Below are positions 1 to 8,837 of a stretch of 14,684 bases of DNA, piece by piece. Made by a program: the position numbers and the translations under genes. Position 1 is the stretch's first letter, and every line of letters begins with the position of its first letter. Source of the stretch: Octopus sinensis (taxonomy: Eukaryota); assembly GCF_006345805.1 (NCBI RefSeq), contig NW_021825562.1, positions 1-14,684 on the forward strand, read 5' to 3'. The notes beneath the pieces were generated by a model that did no database searches, had not been told where the DNA came from, and worked only from the letters and a program-made list of their open reading frames with translations.

Positions 1-26
1 CACAATTCAATGAAATAGTTACGACC

Positions 27-60
27 CAATGACTGAAACAAGTTAAAAAGTAAAAGAATA
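27..60 (+). mobile_element. SINE-A 3' tail remnant
   Basis: CAATGACTGAAACAAGTTAAAAAGTAAAAG matches the tail of other copies in the window (reverse complement of 8122-8143 and 12601-12625). Confidence 0.6.
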
Positions 61-168
61 TACACCCATGCGTAGAAGTTAGTTTCCCCAATCACATCTT
101 AAGCAAGTGCCTTCTACTATAAGCCTTGTGAGTGCATTTGGTAACTGGAGACTGATAGAAGCCTGTTG

Positions 169-224
<56 letters not shown>

Positions 225-258
225 GTGTGTGTGCGTGTGTATACACTGACACACACAA

Positions 259-292
<34 letters not shown>

Positions 293-363
293 AGAGTTTA
301 CGAAAAAAACAAAGGACGAAGACAGGTGGTGTACAAAACAAACATATGTATTAGTATAACGTA

Positions 364-422
<59 letters not shown>

Positions 423-460
423 ATCTATCTATATATATATGTTTATATGCGTGTGTGTGT
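169..460. repeat. Compound microsatellite (TA)n/(TG)n/(TATC)n
   Basis: Directly visible: (TA)n ~169-193, (TG)n ~193-240, (TA)n ~262-289, (TATC)n ~364-430. Confidence 0.95.
290..361 (-). mobile_element. Short interspersed repeat fragment, possibly a Penelope-like terminal piece
   Basis: Non-microsatellite insert abutting (TA)n. Its reverse complement is pyrimidine-rich and ends against (TA)n like 1196-1269. Family assignment rests on recall of Octopus repeats; direct similarity to 1064-1269 is weak. Confidence 0.3.
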
Positions 461-646
461 TCCCTATCACCGCTTGAGAAGCAGGCCGGGAAAAGAAACC
501 GACAGAATAATTACCATGCTTTAAATAAGAAAAGAAAAGTACTGGAGCCGATTCGTCCCACTAAGATTCGTCAGGGCGGTGCCCCAGCACGACTTCAGTC
601 CAATGATCGAAACAAATAAAAGAATACACACACACACACACACACA

Positions 647-782
647 TAAAATTATAACAAAGGTGTTGAATGATTACAACACCATTCTGGTGAAGTAATA
701 ATCTAAGTGGCTCCTAGACCATTTGGGGTCTATTTCTAGCAGACTGGAGTTATAATCATTCAGCACCCTTATTACAATTTTA
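647..782. mobile_element. Degenerate fold-back / MITE-like element
   Basis: 647-684 versus reverse complement of 745-782 match at 32/38 positions. Inner TAGACC (715-720)/GGTCTA (727-732) stem. TA at both outer ends. Confidence 0.55.
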
Positions 783-1063
783 ATATAAATTAACACTTAT
801 GGTACTTTTAGTATGCTGGCTGGTCACTGAAAGATCATTACAAAAATGGCTTTATACTAATTACGCATAAATATTGTGACCATGCTGGAGAACCACCTTT
901 AGTTGAACAAATCGACCCCAGGAATTATTCTTTGTAAGCCTAGTACTTATTCTATCGGTTCTCTTACCAAACCGCTAAGTTACGGGGCCGTAAACATACC
1001 AGCATCGGTTGTCAACCGATGGTAATGTGGGGCAAACACAGAAACAGATACACACACACACAC

Positions 1064-1269
1064 GTGACCGCGTACGTAACGTTGGCGATTTTTTTCCCCT
1101 CCGTCTTCTCTTCTCTGGATCTTTCCTTTTCCTATGTTTCTAACGAAGAGCTCCGCTCGAAACGTAAAAACCCTCCTTCTTCCCTTCTTCCTGAGCGTCC
1201 GATAATACTATACTTGTTCCACGCCTCGCGTTGTTGTGTTTTCTCTTTGTGTTTTCATGTTGGATTAAC
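1064..1269 (+). mobile_element. Penelope-like element terminal (pLTR-type) fragment
   Basis: Inserted between (CA)n and (TA)n. Carries a CTnAnGA-stem-GAAACGT minimal hammerhead layout, which is typical of Penelope-like element termini (established knowledge). No RT or GIY-YIG coding sequence is present, so the assignment is inferred. Confidence 0.55.
1136..1171 (+). ncRNA. Degenerate minimal type I hammerhead ribozyme motif
   Basis: GTTT-CTAACGA-A-GAGC-TCC-GCTC-GAAAC-GTA-AAAAC. Core CUGANGA has G5>A, there is one extra A before a 4-bp stem II, ACGT is palindromic, and the cleavage triplet is GUA (1164-1166). Confidence 0.55.
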
Positions 1270-1452
1270 TATATATATATATATATATATATATACAACG
1301 GGCCTCTTTCAGTTTCTGTCTACCAAATCCATTTACAAGTCTTTGGTCGGCCTGAGGCTATAGTAGAAGACACTTGCCCAAGGTGCCGCGCGGAGGGACC
1401 AAACCTGGAACCATGTGGTTGGTAAGCAAGTTGCTTACCACACAGCCACTCC

Positions 1453-1860
1453 AGGTGCGGGCATGGATGTGTGGTGAGAATCTTGCTTCCTAATCTCATG
1501 GTTTCGGGTTCAATTCCACTGCGTGACACCTTGGGCAATAGTCTTCTACTATAGCCTCGGGCCGACCAAAGACTTGTGAATGGATTTGGTAGACGGAAAC
1601 TGAAAGAATCCCGTCGTATATATATATATTTATACTTCTCTATATTTAAGTGCATCTTTGTGTCTGTATTTGTCCTCCTACCACCCCTTGACAACCGAAT
1701 CTGGTGTGTTTACGTCCCCGTAACTTGGCGATTCGACAAAAGAAACCGATAAAATAAATACTAGGCTTACAAAGAATAAGTCCTATGGTCGATTTCTTCG
1801 ACTAAAACCCATAAGGCGGTGCTCTAGCATGGCTTCAGTAAAATGAGTAAAAGAAATAAT
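1453..1860 (+). mobile_element. SINE-A, near full length, variant subfamily
   Basis: tRNA-like head with box B-like GGTTCAATTCC, core identical in layout to 12600-12994, short central microsatellite, 3' GGCGGTGCTCTAGCATGGC tail. Confidence 0.9.
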
Positions 1861-1871
1861 ATATATATATC

Positions 1872-1904
<33 letters not shown>

Positions 1905-2917
1905 ACACACACACACACACATGCACATATATACATAAATATTATGTGCATGTCTATGTACGTCTGTGTGTGTGTACATATGCGTATGTTTGTGTACGTA
2001 TTCGTGCATGTATATATGCGTGTGTGTGATGTCGCTACATGTACAAACATAATATTAATAAGCTTCAAGCTCCACGTTAACTTCTTTTGATTTAGACTCT
2101 AAATTTAGACAAACTTACAAGTGTGTGTGGTTGCGGCTGTGCATATATGTATATATTTATGTGTGTGTGTTCATGCATACATATAGACAGACAGACAGAT
2201 GGATTGATAAATGGATAGATACGTATGTATATGTGTGTGTATGCGTATGAATAGTGGAAATGGTGTAGAATTACAGATTCTAAAAGAGGTAACTGGAGTG
2301 ATATATGTGTTAGAGGTGTGTGCTGGGGAGAGAAAGAGGGAAATAAGAAGTAAAGTTGATTGGTGGAGGGACGATAGTAAACATTATAAGTAGAGTCCCC
2401 CTTATCTATGGTTGCCTGAGAGAAAAGATTATAATGTATTGTCTCAAAGACAAGTTAGAGGATGAAGGGAAATGACAAAGAGGAGGAGGGGAAGTGTGTG
2501 TGTGAGAGAGAGAGAGAGAGAGGTGGATCAAGGCGGTCAGAGAGAAATAGAAGATGTAGAACAGGTGGAAAGTTAACAACGAAATAACGGATTAAGAGAG
2601 AGAGAGAGAGAAGCCACAATGTTTAGTTAGACAAGAGCCGAAACATGTCGTTAGAAGTTACAACAACCGTTAGTTAGCAAGAACTAGAACAAGAAGAAAG
2701 CTGAACGGGAGGCGAAAAATTATACGAGAAAGATGAAGGAGAAGAATCAATGTGTGAGGAAGGAAGTCGAGTTTAGGCAGAAGTGGCGGCAGAAGTAGAC
2801 AAAGTGTCAGAGAGACACACGAGTAGAGAGGAGTAGTAGTGGGAGCTAATAAGAGAATGAGGTTTGAGATGGTGATAGTGTGAGGAGGTGTAACTACGTT
2901 TTCGGCGCTGTGGAGGA

Positions 2918-2939
2918 GGGAGGGTGGGGTGGGGGCGGG
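2918..2939 (+). other. G-quadruplex-forming motif / GC- and GT-box cluster
   Basis: GGGAGGGTGGGGTGGGGGCGGG: five G-runs with 1-nt loops; contains GGGGCGGG. Confidence 0.6.
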
Positions 2940-3206
2940 AGAAAAGAAAGCTAGGGTGAGTAAGAGTGAGAGCGTGAGAGAGAAGGGAAACTTATGTGGT
3001 GGTGGTCAAGACGGATATGAATTACTTAATTTTTCTATTATCGGCCGTTATGTTTTGTTTTGTTGTTCATTTGTCTTCATCTTGAGTAGTTTCTCTTGAA
3101 GAACCAAGACCACCACCACTAAAATCTAGAGTTACGGCGAGGGGGAGGTGGGGTCGCAGACACACTCACATACACGTGCATGCATACATTTCTCTCTGTT
3201 ACATAT

Positions 3207-3238
<32 letters not shown>

Positions 3239-4083
3239 GATATATATATATATAATATATGTATGTATGTATATATTTACGTATGTATGTATGATTAATC
3301 TATGTCACGAGCCGAAGTTTTAGTTACGATCGTTCTTCAAATGTTAATGAGTATATCTTGATGCTTATCGTTTATATTTCTGTATGCATACAACAGTAAG
3401 CGATTATATATGTATGTGTTTGTGTGTGTGTGTGTTATTCAGATGTAAAGGAAACTAGCGCCAACCTGTTTTGTTTGAGTAATATATTTCATTAAACTGG
3501 AAACGGCTTACACTTATAGGGAAAGGCGAGTTGGCTGTTTTGAAGATAGCAATAGAGGTAAGAGTTATGCCGATGAAAGCGATAACTATGATGATTAATA
3601 ATAATAATAACATTAGCAAGAAACAACGATGCGTTGTTTTTGTTTATTCCCAAGTCAGCATAGTTCAAGCAGACCAATGATCAAAGTCATTGCAGCTACA
3701 ACCAGCCGATCGTTTTCATGGGTATATAGGACACTTATATTAGTTAATATGTCCTTAAAGTTTGATATGAGGAAGATTTGGCTACTACTTCTAGCAAGTA
3801 ATGTCGCTGGATAGAGGTCTCCTCATTACTCATGCAGGCAACGGTACTGTAGCAAAGGAAAGAGACATCGATGGAGGAAAAAAACTAAATAATCAACAAA
3901 GTATTGTATGAAAAACAAACTGATTAGTAACCATAAAAATAATGTGTAAATGAGTCGGAGGCGCGCGCGTAGGTGTCGGATAAGACCAACCATGACAAGC
4001 GAGTCTGCTACTAAAAGAGAGAGAAGTGAACAACGAAAGGGAGAGAGGTGGAGAGGAGAAGAGGGTGGAGGGATTCCTAGATT

Positions 4084-4250
4084 GACCAATGAGAAAGCAG
4101 CATGAGGGTCCCTGTATTAACTGTGTGTCTCAGTACAAGCTTTTCATTGGTCGGTTCCGTGTTTTGTACTATAAATAACCAGTTCTCATCAATAAAAGCC
4201 TTCAAAATGACAGGTCATGTGACCAGCTTCAATTAATCCCAGTCAGTGAG
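4084..4250 (+). promoter_or_regulatory. Candidate RNA Pol II promoter
   Basis: NF-Y-type GACCAATGAG (4084-4093), inverted CCAAT (ATTGG 4146-4150), TATAAATA (4170-4177), E/M-box GGTCATGTGACC (4213-4224), Inr-like TCAGT (4243-4247). Motif evidence only; no expression data. Confidence 0.5.
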
Positions 4251-4377
4251 TCCTCTTGTCTTGTTCGACGCCGATTTTTATATTGTCGACCATTTACATA
4301 CAATATTAAACCTCGTGGATACCAAACTGTATCAAAGATTCACAGCGAGATACTATTTTCCTTTTAGATCGGTAAGT
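4204..4377 (+). other. Candidate non-coding first exon ending at a consensus 5' splice donor
   Basis: Begins ~30 nt downstream of the TATA box (start approximate) and ends at ATCG|GTAAGT (GT at 4372-4373). AT-rich, intron-like sequence follows. Confidence 0.4.
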
Positions 4378-5596
4378 GTTCCGTTGATCACAATTTATAT
4401 TTATTTACACAGCAACTTCTCTCTCTCTCTCTCTCTCCCTCACATGTCTTTTATGATTCACTCCACCTCATACTCTCTCACTCACTTTGTTGATTAAATG
4501 TAAATACATAACGTATTTATTATATTAGCAGCCTATGCTTAATAATGAAATATTTTAAGATTTAAATGATTGCTGATTTCACGTTTTTTTTATTTTTCTG
4601 TTTTGTAAACCAAGTATAATATAATGTATCTGTCACAAATGTTTCGATTATATGATAAAATGCAATGTTTCTAACGGTAATGTTTAAAAAAAATATTAAT
4701 TTTCTCGTTGGTTATATAAACTCCAATAACAAACAAGGAATAATTTAATTGTCCATGTGTAGTAGTAATAATAAATATTGTCTGATCCTAATATTTTGTG
4801 CTGAGGTTTGTCGTTAGTGCATGTCTGTGTTTGTGTCTACCCCCCTCCCCCTCTCTGGCTAGCATTCCCTCCTCCTCTCTCACGTCTACTACTGCCACCA
4901 CTACCCATCGCCCCTGCTGATGCCTACTTCACTATTTCAACATGGCGACCCTCACTTCAAATTAGAAGTAGTTGTAGTAGCCAAATCTCTTTCTCCCTCC
5001 TTCTCTCTCTCTCGCTCCTTTTTACTGCTCTTGTTCTTTCTTCATCTGTTTACATCTATCTTTCTCGTCGTCTCCATCCACCCATCCTTCTATTTTTCTC
5101 TCTTTAAAACCTCTATTCTCTTTCCTAACTCTTACTTACTCACCATTCAACCTCTTCCTTCTCTCTCATCCTTTACAAATTAAAACAACAAACGCTTAAT
5201 TTCTTAGAAAATATTACAATCTCTGCATAAAGAAATATGCGGTGATTGCATGTTTATTATGATTTCATATGAAATTATTTCTATAGGTTTTTTTTTTGTT
5301 TAATGTTGAGTGTCGCAAGCTGTTTATTCTCTCTCCTTGTGTATACTTGTATAGTAAATAAATGAAGAGACCAGTTTCACTGGCAACACAGGTGGTGATG
5401 AAAGCACACACTGTAACATCTACATGTTAACCTACTTGCTTGCTAATAACACGACACTCCTCATGTATCTTTCTATATACGTTGTTTTATGCCAAGGAAG
5501 GGGTGTTATATATACATGCACTTATATTAGTCCCTGTTCATGTTATTGTTCACATCTGAACAATGTGATTGACTTGTATATATTATGTGCGTTGGT

Positions 5597-5708
5597 TATA
5601 TATATATGTATGTGTATGTATATATGTGTCTATATGTGTGTAAGTATATGTGCATGTGTATATATATGTATTTAGATATATGTGTATATATGTATTTAGA
5701 TATATGTG

Positions 5709-5742
<34 letters not shown>

Positions 5743-5756
5743 TATATATATGTATG

Positions 5757-5787
<31 letters not shown>

Positions 5788-6548
5788 GTATGTGTATATA
5801 TATATGTATGTGTATATATATATGTATGTGTATATATCTATGTATGTGTATATATATATGTATGTGTATATATATATGTATGTGTATATAATATATATAT
5901 GTATTAATATATATGTATATATATGTATGTGTATATGATATGTATGTATAATATATATGTATGTATATATGTATGTATGTATATTGTATATGTGTATAAT
6001 ATATGTATGTATATATGTATATGTTATGTATATATATATGTATGATATATATATATTGTATATATATATGTATGTATATATGTATGTATATATATGGTAT
6101 GTATATATATGGTGTATGTATGATATGTTGTATGTATATATATCTATGTATGTATATATTTCTATATGTATGTATGTAGTTGTATGTATTTGTATGTATG
6201 TAGATATAGTATGGTATGTATGTATATATGTATTTGTATGTATGTATAAGTATATATGTATGTATATATATATATATGTGTATGGTATATATATATATGT
6301 ATGTATATATATATATATGTATGTATATATATATATGTATGTGTTGATAGTATGTATATATATATGTATGTATATATGTATGTATGTATATATATATATG
6401 TTATATATAATAATGTATGTGTCTATATGTATGTATATATATATATGTATGTGTATTATATATGGATGTGTATATATATATGTATGTGTATATATATATG
6501 TGTGTGTATATTATATATATACTTATATATATATATATATATATATAT
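5597..6548. repeat. ~950-bp compound (TA)/(TG)/(TATG) satellite with higher-order units
   Basis: Almost entirely alternating purine-pyrimidine. Six 18-bp units with TGTATGTG at 5787, 5805, 5823, 5841, 5859, 5877. Two 24-bp units with TTTAGA at 5671 and 5695. Confidence 0.95.
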
Positions 6549-7184
6549 CGAGCACATGCACACGATGCATTTTTGTCCCCATCTCGCTGCTTTTCAAATC
6601 TTATTGTACACAGTGATCCCTTATTTTCTTCTCCCTTTTTATTAACTATATACTCCGAATACTATTTTCGGGGCTACTTTTGAATAATTTCACCCGATTG
6701 ATAATTACTGAAATAATTTAGAATCGTCTTTTCCCTTCAATTTCTCGACAATATTTATTGTTTTTTATGTTTAATCCGTATTATTATTATGTTTAATTGC
6801 TTTAAGATGTTGATGTAAGATAATCGATGTTAAGGTTGTTTATTCAGAGTTATATATATCTGATTATTTCTATATATTTCTATATAGTTGTTTAGTGCGT
6901 AACTAATAGATTAGATATAAAATTTTCATCATTACTATCGTTCTATCAGTATATGATGAATTTATTTTTGACTGCAGATGGTTGTTTGTTTCCTTGAACA
7001 GGATACGGTTTGGATTAGTTTTCACTCACAGCTCCTATTGTCCATGAGATCATAGATTCGTTTTATTACATGCATCGGCACAGTTAATCTAGCTGCTGCC
7101 ATTGCTGAATATATTTGAAAACATTTCTCTCTCGCATGCGTCCGCCATATATATATATATATAATACATATATATATAGATATA

Positions 7185-7215
<31 letters not shown>

Positions 7216-8121
7216 ATCTAGAGAGAGAGAGAAAGCAAGCGAGAGGCGCGCACATCTTTCCTAGCCATTTCTTGGCAGACATGAGTTTCAACCATTGGTT
7301 GTGTGGGTAGGAGGAAGGAAAGGATACGCGCGTGCGAGAGAGAGAGAGAGAGATCTAAGCAAAAGTAGTGTTGTTTGAGCCCTAGGTAAAGCCTTGATTG
7401 AGCTGGCCCATGATCAGAGACACTCTAGCCTTGACCATCCCATCTTTAAGAGTTTCCAGGATTACAGAATTTAATGTGCGTTGTATTTTTTGAGACAGAC
7501 GAAGGATGTGTAATTTGAGGTGTATGTATGTGACTGCTATTTCAAGCAAGTCAAGTGACCACATGGAGGCTCCCCTGTTGGTTAAGTGTATGTGTTCATG
7601 CAATGTGGATCAAGTGAGAGGGGTGATGATATACATAGAAATGGTGGAGTCCTGAGACGGAGAGATACAGTGCGAGAGAGAGAGAGAGAGAGAAAAGGAG
7701 GGAAATGTTTATTTTGAAAGTACAACGACACATTGCTTATAATGGCTCCAGCTCAAAGTTCATGATGACGTATCGAGGTCATCTGTCATTGAATGGGAGA
7801 GAGGGAAGCTCTTTCCAGCAGACTTTCTGTCTGCTTTTAGACTCCCTCGCACTAATTTCGCCTTATTTACTTCACAAAAACTTGCTGATTTTCTTGTTCG
7901 TTCTCTTCCTCCACATCGCCATTGTTGACTGTTATACTTACAGAGCGTTTTATTGCTACAAATATTGGCAAATCTTGGATTTATTGTCATTGTGGTGTTT
8001 GATAGAAAAAGGAGAAATATTGTTGCATATAAACGAGGTTGTACGTGTGCGCGCGCGCGCATATATGTGTGTGTATATATGTTTGTGTGTATATGTATGT
8101 ATATTTTTATGTACATATATT

Positions 8122-8320
8122 TTCTTTTACTTGTTTCAGTCATTAGAATGCTTTCATTCTTCGTTAGAATGCTAATGGGCACCTTCTTGAACGGGTTAGT
8201 CGAACAAAACGACCCCAGTTTGGTACTCTTTGCATCGGAATCATTTTGCTGAACCGCTAAGTTACGGGGACGCAAACAAACCAACACCAGTTGGCAAGCG
8301 GCCGAGGAGGGAGGCAAAAA
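8122..8320 (-). mobile_element. SINE-A 3' half, diverged subfamily
   Basis: TTTTACTTGTTTCAGTCATT tail, TTAGTCGAACAAA.CGACCCCAG, and GAACCGCTAAGTTACGGGGACG match other copies. Confidence 0.8.
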
Positions 8321-8335
8321 TTAACAAGCATTTGT

Positions 8336-8419
8336 GTGTATATAAGCAAATGAATAATTACAGACGGTGGAGATAAAGGTCATCCGTCGTCTGTTGTTAT
8401 TCATTTGCATATAATACAC
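8336..8419 (+). ncRNA. Pre-miRNA-like long hairpin (candidate)
   Basis: 8341-8371 pairs with 8383-8413: 26 Watson-Crick pairs, 3 G-U pairs, 2 mismatches, 11-nt loop. GTGTA/TACAC extends the stem past a 1-nt bulge. No known miRNA recognised. Confidence 0.35.
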
Positions 8420-8737
8420 CTTAGGGACTCACAGCACGTCGGACACCCTAGAATATACCAAACAACATATAGTCAAATGGACGTGCGCTTTGGACCAGAC
8501 GCTGGCCGCTAAATACTTTTTAGGAGTGGTTTTCACTATGTGCCCAACCTGAACATTCTACTGGATATTAATCGACCATAGGTGGTGACCACAGGTTAAT
8601 CCAACCCCGCTTGGGGCTTATTATTTAAGTATCCGATTCTTTCAGGAATCCTTATACACACACACACATACACATAGTTCATATTTACAAAAGACAAAGA
8701 CAGGCGTAGGAACAATATGTCTGTGCGCGATAAGTTA

Positions 8738-8837
8738 CTTTCAGATTCCGTCTACCAAATCCACTCACAGGGCTTTGGTCGGTCCGAGGTGCCACATGGT
8801 GGGATTGGGCCTGGAACCATGTAGTTGGAAAGCAAAC
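8738..8837 (-). mobile_element. SINE-A 5' half with a 26-nt internal deletion
   Basis: CTTTCAG.TTCCGTCTACCAAATCCACTCACA..GCTTTGGTCGG.CCGAGG|TGCCAC...GGAACCATGT.GTTGG aligns to 12845-12965. Confidence 0.85.

Larger units (their letters stand above)
98..625 (+). mobile_element. SINE-A, head missing, degenerate, with expanded internal microsatellite
   Basis: 98-170 aligns to the SINE-A core (GCAAGTG.CTTCTACTAT..AAGCCTTGTGAGTG.ATTTGGTA) with a 16-nt deletion. 460-625 aligns to the 3' half (AAAAGAAACCGA.AGAATAA...GGCGGTGCCCCAGCA...CAGTCCAATGA..GAAAC). 169-460 is microsatellite plus an insert. Confidence 0.75.
875..1452 (-). mobile_element. SINE-A, interrupted at its central microsatellite by the 1064-1269 insert
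   Basis: 875-1063 aligns to 12631-12815 and 1296-1452 aligns to 12834-12988. The extreme 3' tail and a few 5' bases are missing. Confidence 0.9.

Noticed and set aside
107-2393. ORFs at 107-619, 117-341, 1019-1363, 1231-1425, 1320-1694, 1824-2068 and 2211-2393
   Set aside because: They run through stop-poor microsatellites and SINE sequence (IY/CV/TH/YLSI repeats) and show no protein motifs.
2996-3119. 12-bp perfect inverted repeat GTGGTGGTGGTC/GACCACCACCAC
   Set aside because: Built from a trinucleotide repeat, with no target duplication or further arm similarity; likely chance.
4808-5183. Leu/Ser/Pro/Phe-rich ORFs and a YY1-like CAACATGGCG at 4938
   Set aside because: The ORFs reflect the CT-rich tract. 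The ATG frame closes after 7 codons, and one motif is insufficient evidence.
5424-6683. Overlapping Y/I/M/C/V-rich ORFs up to 219 aa
   Set aside because: These are translations of the TA/TG satellite, which is open in several frames by composition.
7382-8317. ORFs 7382-7603, 7705-8175, 7760-8317 and 7953-8252, plus ACTTACAG at ~7935-7942 (plus acceptor or minus donor)
   Set aside because: No recognisable domain. The ORFs cross microsatellite and SINE sequence, and the splice signal is strand-ambiguous.
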